Of a stretch of 64,000 bases of DNA, positions 12,601-24,520 are shown piece by piece. How positions within the stretch are numbered: position 1 is the stretch's first letter; each line of letters starts with the position of its first letter. The notes beneath the pieces were generated by a model. That model was given only the letters and a program-made list of their open reading frames with translations. It made no database searches and was not told the origin of the DNA. This DNA comes from Amoebophrya sp. A120 (Eukaryota; Protista; Dinoflagellata): NCBI GenBank assembly GCA_905178155.1, contig CAJINV010000006.1:2107600-2171599 (forward strand), written 5' to 3'. The position numbers and the translations under genes were made by a program.

Positions 12601-12730
12601 CGAAGAGATGTTTCTCCGGAACTCCTTCAATACCGTAGCTGGGACGACGAGCTCATCTTCTATGGGTGGCGGTGGCAGTACGGCACCGAAGCTGTTAACG
12701 GAGAGGTTTTTCAGGACGCTACGGACTTGA
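6609..12730 (+). CDS. Multi-exon gene; protein with repeated p25-alpha/TPPP-like (EF-hand-like) domains
   Basis: Spliced peptide contains KFMKMCLDADLVD...KLLTSARVDLIFKKLCGNRTTMTFEQFMNACVQIALTKY and LFLYYSSLGDPLNRNSMSSMKFNRFLRDAGLLP...LNQVDVDLIFLQ, resembling the p25-alpha signature. It has 10 TIR introners and ~6 canonical or degenerate introns. Stop TGA 12728-12730; start codon tentative. Confidence 0.7.
7144..7298. mobile_element. Introner family B
   Basis: TATCCTGTGCAAAAGTGTCGTACT...TACTTTTGCAATGCATA; DR CACGG/CGCGG. Confidence 0.85.
7447..7606. mobile_element. Introner family B
   Basis: TATGCATTGCAAA...TTTGCACTCTATA; DR GAGGA/GAGGA. Confidence 0.8.
8043..8192. mobile_element. Introner family B
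   Basis: TATGCTGCGCAAAAGCATCG...CGATACTTTTGCGCAGGATA; DR GCCTC/GCCTC. Confidence 0.9.
8392..8445 (+). repeat. 30-bp tandem duplication inside canonical intron 8297-8502
   Basis: TAGGGGTTTCATACAGTAGACTTG twice. Confidence 0.85.
9186..9294. mobile_element. Introner family C
   Basis: TATCCAGGAAAAAACACCCATCCCCATCC...GGATGGGGATGGGTGTTTTTTTGTGGATA; DR AGGCC/AGGGC. Confidence 0.85.
9627..9886. mobile_element. Introner family A
   Basis: Family A TIRs; DR CTCCC/CTCCC. Confidence 0.9.
10569..10748. mobile_element. Introner family B (degenerate)
   Basis: TATGCATTGCAAAA...TTTTGCAATGGATA; DR decayed, but the frame is restored by removing the element plus 5 nt. Confidence 0.75.
11115..11222. mobile_element. 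Introner family C
   Basis: Family C TIRs; DR CTTCC/CTTCC. Confidence 0.85.
11267..11547. mobile_element. Introner family A (degenerate)
   Basis: TATGCATTGGAAACAT...GGGTCTGG...ATGTTTGCAATGCATA; DR GAATT/GAACT. Confidence 0.75.
11980..12246. mobile_element. Introner family A
   Basis: Family A TIRs; DR CCGCT/CCGCT. Confidence 0.9.
12333..12595. mobile_element. Introner family A (close relative of 9627-9886)
   Basis: TATGGATTGCAAATATG...CATATTTGCAATCCATA; DR AAATA/AAATC. Confidence 0.9.
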
Positions 12731-13749
12731 GAGGAAGAGGGTGTTGTAGCAGGGGGAGGAGTTTCTTCAGTTTTACTCGGCTAGTTTGGAGTAGAGCTAC
12801 AACTGTGCTGGCTTGTTAATACACTTCATGTAGTCAGCACCCACGCAAATCTAAGGAAAAAAACGACATAGACAATAGAGCTTTCGCATCTCATCCACCA
12901 GGGACAACTCGCCGATAATCATTTATTCCACAGCTATACCAAAACGAGGCTTGTTTCGTGCTTTCAAGAAAATTTTATACTCGTGTCGAACAAAATATCA
13001 CCGTGTCGGTTAGCCGTAAGGCAGCAGCTAAGACAGATTCACAGCAAATTCAAATATACGATATACGCTTTCGATCGCCGAAGAGTCCTTACACAGATAT
13101 TACCACATCCACATTTTTACTGCAAGAGTCGCACATCACAATCACTGTAGCAAAACTACTATAAAGCGCATCAGACTTCACTCACAAGACGAAAGTTTCA
13201 TTCGGATCGATAGGTGACAAGGTAGTTGTCGTATTGTAAAAACGCCTTTAGGTAGTTGTACTGCCGAGATGATGCACTCTGAAATTCATCTCGGACTACG
13301 ACGATGCAACAAATGAACTTGATGCTACATCAAATTATAGTCGCACACATCCTACCCTGTTAGAATGAACGCAAATGTATCAACTGTGACGCTGCTGTAA
13401 GTGCCTCTTTCTACCATTTCAAAAATGTCTTTTTAACTCTGCTCTGTCGGTTCACAACTCGTCTCCTGAGTCTGCTTTTTTGGAATATGAGAAAACTGCA
13501 CCTGAAAGTGGAAATGGAAATCAGAAAAGCGAAAGGTATGAAAAAAGCGGCTGCAGAGTATGCCCGTTGTGTGGGCCGCGGCATTTTAATGATAGTAGAT
13601 GACGCACACACCGTCGTCAGCCGGGACGATCATTCACGGACGTGCTCACGCCCTTCTGAAGCTGAACATAACCAGCCGAGTTTTGTGCTCACTGTGTGCC
13701 AGATGATCCCCAGTATAACTGCGCAAACTCAGACAGCCTCCCTCACTTG

Positions 13750-15200
13750 ACGATCTGGGTGCGCAGCCGCGTCGGGCGTGCTCCAACGCCCGGCCGAAGG
13801 AGTCACAAGCAGCGCGGGGCCGTGGCGCGACCAGCGTGCCGCGCCCCCATATTGCAAGGGAGCACACAGGCGGGGACGCCGCCCGAGCTGCGGCGCGTTT
13901 CGTCATTGGCTGCGTCGCGGATTGGCCTGCAGGGGCGGCCCCGACGATTGGTGGGCGGGGCGGATTTTGATGGGGGTCAGGGGGTCGCAAGTTGGGGCCC
14001 CGTCATTATTGAGGCATCCTACGCCACCCCCCTGGGGAGCGGAGTCCCCGCGGAGGCGCCGGACGGGGATGCAGGGCGCCGGCGTGTTCTTCAGGGGCGG
14101 GGGCACGGGGCCCCCGGGGTGGCCCTTTGGCGGTGTGGCGTCGTGCCTGTTCGGCCCCCCGCCCCCGCCCGCGCGCAGGCCGGCCCATCTAGGCCGGAAA
14201 AGTTTGTTGAAGTCACGCTTACCGAGGTGAACAGCGCAGCGGCGGCGGGGGCGAGCGGTTTTGTCGGCTAATATATATGGCCGCGCGGTTGCTCCGCCCG
14301 CCGGCCGACCCCTTTCGTTGTTCGGTGCTTGACCGCCGTCCGGGCCCTCTCGCTAATCACATTGCATGAAGAACAGCGCGCGGCCAACTTGCGCCGGCTG
14401 CGTGCGCAGCCCGCTCGGTGCAGTTGCCCGAAGAAGAGGAGGCCGTCGCGAAGGTTGAGCAGCTATGGCGAGGCTGGTGCGTCGATTAAGGGGACGGGCG
14501 GCGCACCCTTGGCGAGCCGGCCGACGCCTTCAAATCAACGAACCAACGCGACCAGGGCGCATCGGGGGCGGGCCGGCGGAATGCAAACGCCCGCCCGGCG
14601 GCTGGCGCCGGGATTGGTGTACCGACCCCCGCGGCGCCCCACGCGTTCGCGATGGGCCGCCGAAAATGAAACGCCGGAAAATTGGCGACGGCGCCCCCCC
14701 GGCTGACAAGGTTGCGAAGGACAGGGCCGCGGTGCGGCCGCACGTCCGTCGGCCCCCCCCTTCTTTGTTTTCGCGCGCGGGCGCTTGCGAATAGTGCCCG
14801 CCCCCCCCCCTTGTGTGGGCTGTGGTTGCGCGCGTATTTGTGTCCGCCCCCCTTTCACTCCGCCCCAAATTGTAGAGGCGCGCGGCGCAGTCGGGGCGCC
14901 GCCGGAGAGAGATAGAGTGGCGCGGCTGGGTCCCCGGCCCGGCCGGCATCATCTGGTGGATGGTTGGCTTGGTCGGCGTGGTCATTGGTTCCTTCGTCTT
15001 CTGGCCCATTACAACTTGGTTTGCGCCCAGGCTCGCCCGCCGGCTTGCTAGCTTGGCTTGTATTGGGGCGCCGTCGCACCCTGCAAACGTGGTTGGGTGT
15101 CCGCTGCCTGGCGTCGTGAGTGAATGAAGCAAGGCCCGCGGCCGGGCCTCTGTCAAAGGCCCCCCGTGGCGGGCCTAAGTGTGTTTATGTGTCTGTGGGC
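13750..15200. other. GC-rich intergenic island upstream of the membrane protein gene
   Basis: Visibly very GC/CpG-rich, no introners. Confidence 0.6.
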
Positions 15201-15563
15201 ATGGAGGCCTTCTCGCCCTGCTCGTACGTTGTTTCTGTTCATCTCCATTTCGGCGAGATTATTGCTTGTTGGCTTGCATTTGGGCCGTTCCTGTTTCTTA
15301 ATCAATGTTTTCACAGGCGGATCCTGCTTTCATTGTCACGGTTTCACTTCTCCACGGTAGCTCATAGCCTTTTCACGGTCGCCGGCAATGCCTACGCGTG
15401 CTGTTCGCGTGAAAAAGATCCATTTGTGTACGTACGCAAGCTCGTCGCTTTCTTGACTCTAAATTAAGGATTTTCTTGTTTCCGCTGTTGCTCGTCTATT
15501 TGGTGTTGTCGTGTATTTCGGTGTAGTTAAATTCTCCTTTACATACGCATCCCCCAGCTCCAG

Positions 15564-18500
15564 ATGGTGATCGTCGGCGCCGTCCCGCACGAGCGGGGTT
15601 TTAACCAGCAGGAACTCCAAAATTACCCACCGTCTACATCTAGCGGTGTTCGTGTAGAAACCGGCCGCTTCGCCTCCTCCTCCTCGAGCTCATCAACAGC
15701 ACCACAGTACCCCACCAATTACAATGCCAACCCCTACTCAACATCAACCCGAAACACCCCTTCCTACCGGCAGAACCAGTCCAGCCCCTCCCTCACTAAA
15801 CGCATCAAAAATTTTCTCCAACTCCACTGTCGGGACTTCAAGGCGCCATTTAAGGTTTTGATTGAAAAAACCTGCTGGTGTTACCCTTCCAACCAGTTGA
15901 AGAAGAAAAGATCGCTGTATCATCAACTGGTGGAGCTCGAGGAAAACGAGGAGGATTGTACAACAGCCTCACCAGTTTTGTTGGAGACGCAATACTATGC
16001 ATTGCAAAAGCATTGCACTAGTGCTGTGGATCGCATGACAAATTAGCTCAGTTGTATGAGTAGATATGGAATCTGTCATGCTGAATTGCCTTGGGATGGA
16101 GGTTTGTAATGCATGACAGCGATTACTACCACGAGTGCGATACTTTTCTTTGCGGTGGATAAATGCTTGGTGGATAAGGTCGGAGATTTCTTCATCTACC
16201 TCGCGATGGCGTTGATGGGCTTTTTTCTCGTGAAGGTGATCTTGCAAGACAATGATAACAACGCGAACAAGACCGGCGTGAAGATAAAAGACGATCCCGG
16301 AATTGAGAAGCATCCTTTCGAGGTTTTCGATTTTGAGTATCCTGTGCAAAAGTATCGTACTCGTAGTAATCGCCATCGCGGTCATGCATTACAAATCTCC
16401 TTCTCAACCTATATCCGCATTACAAATTTCATTTTTCATGCTGAGGGAATTTGTCATGCGATTACTATATATTATATTCATGCGAAAAAAGAGGTAGACA
16501 GAGGGTAAACAAGAGGTGGCCGAGAGGTCAAAAAGAGGGCAAAAGAGGTAAAAAAGAGGTCGACAGAGGTGGAGAGGTGGCGCGGGACCCCTTTCGAGAG
16601 GGTCGGCGAGAGGGTGCGCGAGTATAGCCCGCCGAAGGACCCACCTTAAGGCGGCGCCTAAGTGCCTCAGAGGGTGCAGAGAGGTCAAAAAGAGGGGGCG
16701 CGGGAGGTCGACAGAGGTCGAGAGAGGTGGCGCGAATAAGGGCCAACCTCTCGCGCACCCTGTCGGCCACCTCTGGGCCACCTCTGTCGACCTCTACCCT
16801 CGAGTATAGCCGGACTATTAGCGGGGACCCCCAAAAGAGGTAAAAAAGAGGGTCTGCGAGAGGTCTGCGAGAGGGTAAAAACACAGAGTAGCGGGCGCGA
16901 ATCCGCATGGGAGTCCCCACATTTAGCGTTGCAGGCTCTTCGCGGAGTTGTTTTGTTCGGCGCCTGTCCCCGCCACCCTCTCGCGCACCCTCTCGCGCCA
17001 CCCTCTTGCGCCACCCTCTCGCGCACCCTCTCGCGCCACCCGCTCGCGCGACCCTCTCGCGCCACCCTCCCGCGCCACCCTCTCGCGCCGGGCGGCTTCT
17101 TTTCGCCCCCGGTGTTCTTTGCAGCTGCTCCCTGCGCAGAGCGCCCACAGGCGCGGGAGGCGCGCAAGTGGTCCGGCGGGTTGGCGCGGCGCAAACTCCA
17201 GCATGCTTCGTTGTGCACAGGCCCGTGGCGTTGTGGTCCGATCGGCAAACTATCTTGCCCCGGCCCAACAGCCTTGCGCTCCGGCGGCAGCCGGAGCATG
17301 GCTGGTTTCTACTAGTGCGATGCTTTTGCATTTCATATTGGGCGGGACGCGCCGATCTTGATTATGGAAGCGTCAGGTTTGAGATCGACAAAGTTGAAAA
17401 GATTTGTCATGCATAAAATGGATACCAGTTGGAAGCCCCATTTCCAAGCGGCGCATGACAAATTTTCGGAGCACTGGAATCCAATTTGTCATGCTGCTTG
17501 GGCGCAGAAGACTGCTTTTGTCATGCTACTTTAGCAGTTCTACCTCTATCCCAAACCCAAACCCTGAATAGGCTCACAATCTGCCTCACTTGCCATCCCG
17601 GCAAGACAGGCACTTCATGCCTTGCATTTTATGCATGGCAAATCATTTCATTTTCAACCTTGACGATTTCAATCCTGACAGATCCATATTGATTTTGGTG
17701 ACCATATGCGAGATTTTGTTTTGCGGGGCGAGTTGCAAAGCCGCGGCAAGTATGTTCCGCACGCGCGAGCACGCCCTGAAACACCCCCGGACGAAGTTGA
17801 TAGCGGCGAACGCGATAAGTCGCAGCTCTGCTTCGGCGGATGTTCGCGGTGCAACTGCTCCTGCAGTTGTAACAATCGGCACAACTACCTCAGCAACTAC
17901 TCGCGGGCAGCCAGCTGCTGGTAATGGTATTGCTAGTAACACATCTACTACACAACTCCCATCTGCCACCGACGTCATCCCCATTTTCCTAGAGAGAGCG
18001 AATTTAGCGGAAAAGTGGGGCATTCTGTACCGGCCGAGTTCGGATGGCTTGGAGTGCCTGTTGGTTGACGGGATATCGTGAGAAAAAAGTGTTACAGTTA
18101 CACATTGTGTTGCAGGCCAAGCAAGACAGACAAGCTCTGTCATGCCGGATATGCACAGCAGCCTCGTTTCATAGGTGTTTTCCCGTAGGATTTCTGCATT
18201 GCAAGTTTTCTTTCTCATGCAGATAAATTTGTGTTGCTGAATTGACATACAAATGTGGAACTGTAACACTTTTTTCTTTGCATACGGGGTTGTGGATTAT
18301 CAATACGACTTGGGCCCCAGTAGCACATCATCTTCAACTTCAGGGCAGCCAACTGCGTTTCTATCGCAAGCAGCCACAACTTCGCAACTCACCCCGGCCG
18401 CAGTCTGGAACCAAAAGTTTAACGCCTACTTAGCAGCAGACAGCGCGAGGTTCGGAGTGCTTCAATTTGGGCCAAGGAATAGGGTATCAACTGCACCAAA

Positions 18501-21500
18501 TATGTCTTGGTCTGGAAGAATTGGGGAGTTTGTCATGCGGATTTTACATGACACACGATATCAGCCATGCACACTCTAGCATCAACACAGGTTGCAGCGC
18601 GAAGGCTTGGTCATCCCAATCCTGCATTAGAAATGCCCTCTACTTCGGGTTGCTGCAAGAGTCTCCGTTGCTTTTGCTGCTCATGCAATACAGATTTTTT
18701 CATCATCGAAAGTTAGCATCACAAGTTTCATTCTCTCCAGACCAAGATGACACATTTGCATTTGATATAGCGAGATAGATTTCTCGTTAGACCACGACTT
18801 GGCGATATTGGCGGTCAACGATTGCTATGCACTGCAAAAGCATCGTACTCGTAGTAATTGCTTTTATGCATGACAAATTTCTGTCCCAAGCCGAATCCGC
18901 ATTAGAAATTTCATTTCTCATGCTGAGAAAATTTGTCATGCGGTTCATACTAGTGCGATCATGCTTTTGCAGTGCATAATTGCCACGCGGACGTTTTCTC
19001 CATGCAGAAGGAGTTGCTCACGAGTTTTTCCGTAGCTTTGTATTGCCGGCGAATCAACAAAGACACCATTCATATGGAGAGAAAAAAGTTTGTCACAGTC
19101 ACTAACTTGCAGGTTTTGCATTACAAATTTTCTTAGCATCACAAACTTTCCTTGTATTGCAGAAACACTAGGGAAATCCCTTACGAAGTTTGGCTGTGAT
19201 GCATTTTTACGCATGACAGCCAATTTTGTATTGCAAAAATGCGCATGAGTGATCGTGACGAACTTTTTTTGTTTGATAATTCACGAGATGGATAGTGGAA
19301 ATAATAGAACGGGTTCAACGTCTACTAACGACGTGCTCCGTCCTCCAGTCGGCGCAAGCAGTGACGATATTTCTTCACGAAGGGATGTTGATCAACAGAT
19401 GGGTGCGAGTCACTTTCGGAACCCTTCTTCCGTGATGGTTCTCATGGACCACAGAGTAACTACAACGAATGGAGAAACAAACGAGAATGGAGATGAAGGC
19501 AACGGCACAAGCACCATAAGCAACACCACCATGCAGCGAATCAGCGAAACAAGAACTGACCAGGAACAGCAGCAATCCACTTTATCCAGAACCTTCTCCA
19601 TCACCAGTTTTGAGGATGAAGACCTGGTAACGCTGTATCAACTGCAAACATGTCAATGAATGTCTGGGTCGGGAGAAATTATTAAACCTGTGTTGCGTGG
19701 GTGTCAAACATAATGAAATTGAAAAATCTGTATTGCATGAACAGCAAAAGCTCGACACTTTCGCCATGCAAAGTCGCAGTTTGCAATGCGTGCTGCGCAT
19801 GAGAAAACGATTGAAAATCTTGGACAGAAATTTGTCATGCTTCAGTGCACTTAATGGCGCACTCAATCATGATCATTCAGCATTACAAGTTTCCAGACCC
19901 GGACGTGTAATTTGCATTGCATTCACTAAGCCGCTGGATTATTTGCGGAATGATTTTCGGATGGATCACCCTGATCCCAACGTTTATGGAAGCGTCAGGT
20001 TTGAAATCGTCACAGTTGAAATAATTTGTAATGCATGAAATGCATGACGCGAGGCATGTGTATTGCAGAGCAGGCAAGTGAGGCCGATTGTAAGCCTGTT
20101 TGGGGTTAGAGCTCGAGCTGCTAAAGTAGCATGAGAAAATCCCTCTTCTTTGCCTAAACAGCATGACAAACTGGATTTAAGGACCACCAAAATTTGTCAT
20201 GCGCCACTTGGAAACTGGGTTCCAACTGGCATCCATTCCATGCATGGCAAACTATTTCAACTTTGTCAATTATTTCAATCCTGACACATCCATAACGCTG
20301 CTGATCAAACCGCACTTCTTCAAGAGGCGGCAGCAATTGTTTCGAGAGGTTTTTCTGAATGCGGGCGGAGCAGCGTCCTCAGGATTCAACCTTTTCGTCA
20401 ACAATTGGAAGAACTTCATTCTCCCACTCTGGCTTTTTCTCTGGGTGGTCGACGGGATAGAAATAATGGCACATGTGCGCTTGTTGGGCCCGCCGTTTGT
20501 GTACTTCCTGTCCACGCACGTGGTTTTGGCGAGTGTGGTCGTAGTGTTGGGGATGCGGTTATGATCCACAAAAGAAGACCCCATCTTGTTCATCCATTTT
20601 TTGCATGACAGGTACGGGATTTTATGGATGTTTTGCATGGCAAATTCGATGGGAATGGGTGCTTTTTTTCTGGATAACGGCTGCAGCAGAAGGATGAGGA
20701 ATTGGTTTTGGAACAGAGGCGGATTCGGGACGGGGAGTTTCTACTTGGCAGAATTTCTATCCTGTGCAGCAAAGTATCGTACTCGTAGTAGTTGCAGTCA
20801 TGCACTACAAATCTCCATCCCAACGCAAAACAGCATGACAAATTCCATTTGTCATGCTGAGCTAATAATTTGTATTGCAATTACTACTACGTGCGATGCA
20901 TTTGCAGTTCATAATTTCTCATGCTGGACAAGAAGACGTTGGCGTTGCTGTAGCGGTCGAGGAAACCACCTCCTCTTCATCCTCGGCAGCAGGTGATGCT
21001 GACGGGGACCCCGGCGGAAAAAAGGAGAGCGAGGTAGAGAAAAGATGTGATGCTAGTACAACATCTTGTTCATTCCCGCTACGACCGGTCAGAACAGCGC
21101 CAGGACTCTTTGTTGCTAAACAACACTTTGGTCGTTTGTGACGGCATAAGCTGTAGAAAATGAAAGCAAAAACCCTTAAATTCCCATGCTGGTCTTCCCA
21201 ATTTCTCGTCCCATTTATCCACTTACTTACAAAAAAAATGAAGAGGAACAAGTATTGAACATCTATGCCACATTACTTAGGTGTCCACCACTATCACAAT
21301 CCTGACCCGAGACGGCATAATCTTCTACGACCCACGCAAGAACTTCAGGCGAATTAAAGATCCCAACCAGCTTCTTCGCGGGATATCAACTGCAAATATG
21401 TCTGGGTGTGGAAGAATGCAAGTTTGTCATGCTTGTCCCACATGATGACTCTTGAAGCTGTAATGCGTGAGCAGGAAAAGTAGTGCCTTTTGCCTGTCGT

Positions 21501-22653
21501 GAAAAAATGTAGTTTGTCATGCGGAAAGCGAAACACAAAGGAGCCCAGAAACTTGTCTTGCGTAGCTGCCTATCGCAGTGTTATTACAATTCATAAATTA
21601 GCATCACAAGTTTCCAGACCCAGACATATTTGCATTTGATATGGGATAGCGGAGAACCACCCTGAGATCGTCAATTATAATTCCGCAGAAACTACGATAG
21701 CAGGAGCTCCTGCTAACCAAGAGAATCAACTGACACAGGGTAGTAGTACCTTCAAGGCGAGTTTTGTGCCGAAAAAGATAGAGCTGGAGAGGAAAACTAT
21801 CGGGGGTGATCAACATTTGGGGCAGGACGATCCAGAAGCGAGAATTATGTACCGAGATTTGCAAACGGACATCTTATTTGCGGATGATGTGGACGGTACG
21901 TTGGAATCTCTTCTAGAAGACGGTGGAACATCAAGACAGAGACAGACAAAAGCAAAACTCGGAACATCTTCTAGCAATGCCAATGACCATCAAACATCGT
22001 CATCACCCTCTACTGGTGTTCTTGGCTCCACCACCGCATCACAAACCACCAAAATCTGCGAAGAACCCGCGCCGATTCTCCTCCGGGAGCTTCTGATCTC
22101 CAACCCATTTGGGATTGTGTGGATAGGGTTATTTCTGTCTCTGACGATCATTCTGTCGCAATTACTCTACCCACTGCAGACGAAGCGAGGGAAATTGGCA
22201 CAAAGTTACCTGCTAACCATGTACTCTTCTCTACTGTCCCTCCAGCTGTTCGGTTTGATTGTGATCTTGAACATGAAATTTGAGAATTTGCCGACGACGT
22301 ACTTACACGCGTTTCTGCTCCTGTTCTCCTACCCCTGTTTGTGCAGCTACTGTGTCTGCTTGTGTTGCTCGGCGAACTACTCCCGGGCGGACATGTTGTT
22401 GGTTTTGGATCAGAGGAAAGCGGGATTGATGACGGGGAGATTTGATAGTGTTGGTGAGGGTTTTGGGAGTAGCAGCGGTGGTGTGGTGGAAGATGGAGGA
22501 AGCGCAGCAACAACAGCTGCGAATGGAAGTCGTGTAGTTGCAACAAGAAATGCGAGTGCGAATACAAATGAGCTGAACGTTGACAAGCATTTGGAAGCAA
22601 TATTAGCGGAGGAAAGTAATAGTCGGGAAGGAATGTTGAGTTACTATGTGTAG
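15564..22653 (+). CDS. Multi-exon gene; multipass membrane protein with a PDZ-like domain
   Basis: ATG 15564. Hydrophobic segments FFIYLAMALMGFFLVKVIL, WIICGMIFGWITLIPT, FILPLWLFLWVV, FGIVWIGLFLSLTIILSQLL. PDZ-like IFLERANLAEKWGILYRPSSDGLECLLVDG...AILAVND...MQKELL...VALYCRR. 12 introners; last exon ends MLSYYV* at 22653. Confidence 0.65.
15996..16161. mobile_element. Introner family B
   Basis: Family B TIRs; DR AATAC/AATGC. Confidence 0.8.
16338..17337. mobile_element. Introner family B enlarged by a nested Helitron-like insertion
   Basis: TATCCTGTGCAAAAGTATCG...CGATGCTTTTGCATTTCATA; DR TTGAG/TTGGG. Confidence 0.85.
16462..17305 (+). mobile_element. Non-autonomous Helitron-like element, copy 1, nested in a family B introner
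   Basis: Inserted between host A|T with no TSD. 5' TTACTATATATTATATTCATGCG; 3' 8-bp hairpin GCTCCGGC-ggca-GCCGGAGC then ATGG-CTGG (CTRR). Internal AGAGG and CCCTCTCGCG minisatellites. Homologous to 28987-29869. Confidence 0.75.
17363..17688. mobile_element. Introner family D
   Basis: TATGGAAGCGTCAGGTTTGAGATCG...CGATTTCAATCCTGACAGATCCATA; DR TTGAT/TTGAT. Confidence 0.9.
18074..18284. mobile_element. Introner family E
   Basis: TATCGTGAGAAAAAAGTGTTACAGTT...AACTGTAACACTTTTTTCTTTGCATA; DR CGGGA/CGGGG. Confidence 0.9.
18485..18767. mobile_element. Introner family A
   Basis: Family A-like TIRs; DR TAGGG/TAGCG. Confidence 0.8.
18826..18978. mobile_element. Introner family B
   Basis: TATGCACTGCAAAAGCAT...ATGCTTTTGCAGTGCATA; DR ATTGC/ATTGC. 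Confidence 0.9.
19073..19278. mobile_element. Introner family I
   Basis: TATGGAGAGAAAAAAGTTTGTCAC...GTGACGAACTTTTTTTGTTTGATA; DR ATTCA/ATTCA. Confidence 0.8.
19636..19923. mobile_element. Introner family A (degenerate)
   Basis: TATCAACTGCAAAC...GTCTGGGTC...CCAGACCCGGAC...TTTGCATTGCATT; DR decayed. Confidence 0.7.
19985..20294. mobile_element. Introner family D
   Basis: Family D TIRs; DR ACGTT/ACGCT. Confidence 0.85.
20560..20676. mobile_element. Introner family C
   Basis: Family C-like TIRs; DR GCGGT/ACGGC. Confidence 0.75.
20758..20913. mobile_element. Introner family B
   Basis: Family B TIRs; DR ATTTC/ATTTC. Confidence 0.85.
21384..21641. mobile_element. Introner family A
   Basis: Family A TIRs; DR CGGGA/TGGGA. 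Confidence 0.9.
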
Positions 22654-22879
22654 CTGAAAATGAAAATATCGTGTTGGCGACGGACCAAGACTGTCGTCGT
22701 CAGTGCGAAGAAAAGCGCGTGCATCGCTGTGTAAAGTCAGTGCAAAAGTGCCTGACCCCGCTGGCGCAAAAGAACAAGGGCGGATTGCAGAAGCTGTTCA
22801 ACTGTGAATAAATGGTTTCACCACTTTGCATTAGCTTCGTGCCTGGTGTTTGAGCTTCATCGATTTTCACGTTTGTCAT

Positions 22880-24520
22880 TGTCCGGGCAGAATCTTTGCT
22901 CCGAATTCGCCGGCAGAGCGAGCCGGTGGGCGCGCATCTTCGTGCACAGTGGCCCCCCGGTCAAGGTGGTGCCAGGGGGCGAGAGCCGCCGGAGAGCGGC
23001 CGGCCCCATCCGCCGCGCCCGCCGCGGGGCGGCACGCAATTCAGCGGCGCCGAGCGGGAAGGGCGCGACGCCGGTACTTAAGCCCTGTCGCAGGCCGTCG
23101 GGCCCTTTCGCGCCCTCTGGTTAGCAGCGCACGAAACCCAGCGCCCGGGCTGCGTATTTGGGGCGTCCGACCACCGCGCAGGGCGAGGGAGCGGCAGCGG
23201 CTGCAGCACGCACATGACCGCCCGGGCAAGTAGGGGGGCCCCGCAGCAAATCGGGAAGCGCCACGCCCGTGCGTGTGGCGCGCGGCAGCTGGCGCCCTAG
23301 TGGCGCCAAGGATGCCGCAGGAACGAAGTGCCTGGGACGGATGGAGAAAGCCACGCCCGGCGGTGGGGGCGGCGGCACAGACCTACTCGGCCCGCAGAGG
23401 TGAGCGCGCCGCCGTCGCGGCCCCAAGCTTGCTAGCAAGCGAGGGCAGGCGACCGCGGGGCGCCTCTAACCGGCTTGGCTTGTGCTGTGCCCAAAGCCCA
23501 GTAGAGCGCCAAAGCCCAGCAAATATGGAGGCCGCGGGCGTTGTGCCTTCAGCTGTTGCCTGGTTTGTCATGCGACTGAAAGGGCCCCCGGCTTGGCGGC
23601 AGGCAGCCGGCGGCCTGTTCGGGGCGGGGCCCTAGGGCACCAGGGGCGGGGCCGGGCGAATGTTTCGAGAAAAGTAAGGGAGGGGGCCCGGTGGACAGGT
23701 GTCGCGCCCGCAAGTCTTCCGGGTGGCAACCCCATCCACCGGGGGGAGAGCGCCAGGCTTTGTCGGCGTGCTTGGGCGGCGCCGGCCCGCGCGGCCGATG
23801 GACCGCCGGCCGGCCCGGGCCGGCGCGTGGGTGCGAGTCGAGTTCAGCTACGCGCGGCCGGCAAAAGGTCCAAAGATAGAAGCGGAGCGCTCGCCCATGG
23901 ATACCTTTGCGCTCGTTGTCTGCGCCAGCAGGGCGATGGGCTTCGATCGCGTAGCCACGAGAGCCGGGCCCGCCGGCGCTGTCCCGCCCCCCCCTTCCTG
24001 GGTTGAGGGGAGGAGCACGCCCCCGGGGGGTTTGGCCCTTTGGGTGGGCTTGTTTCCGCCGCCGGGCGGCTTCGTGTTCGCCTCGTTTGCCACCCCGACC
24101 CCCCCGGGGGGCGCCCGGTTGGCCCCCAAGCTTCCCAGCGCCTGGGGCCGCCTTCGCCTTGGGGCCCTCCCCATGGAGGGCCGCGGGGTCTTCGCCTGGC
24201 TTCTAGCGTCTTTGCCTCGCCGGCTCCGGCCTCCCGCGCAGCCTGCGGCCGGCGGGGCGAGTGTGTGTGGCCGTGCCCCGGCTGGCCCCACCCGGCAGTC
24301 GAGGTTGGCTATTGGTTGTGCTGGCTCGCTGGGCCATTGTGTCGCTCGTTGGTTGGTTTAAATGGCCCTCGTCGGACGGTCGGGGCGCGGGCCATGCTGC
24401 CCTGTAGCCGCCCGTAGGACCGGCTCCCCCGCCCGGTTGTTGTTATCCGCCGCTGCACGGGCCCTCGCGGGCAGCGCGGGCCTGCAGGCCCAGTCCCAGC
24501 GTCCGTTCGCGCACGTCATC
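22880..24520. other. GC-rich intergenic island upstream of the kinase gene
   Basis: Visibly very GC/CpG-rich, no introners. Confidence 0.6.

Noticed and set aside
16528-17416. ORFs of 128-267 aa inside the Helitron-like element
   Set aside because: They derive from minisatellite repeats (RERVAREG...) and show no Rep or helicase motifs.
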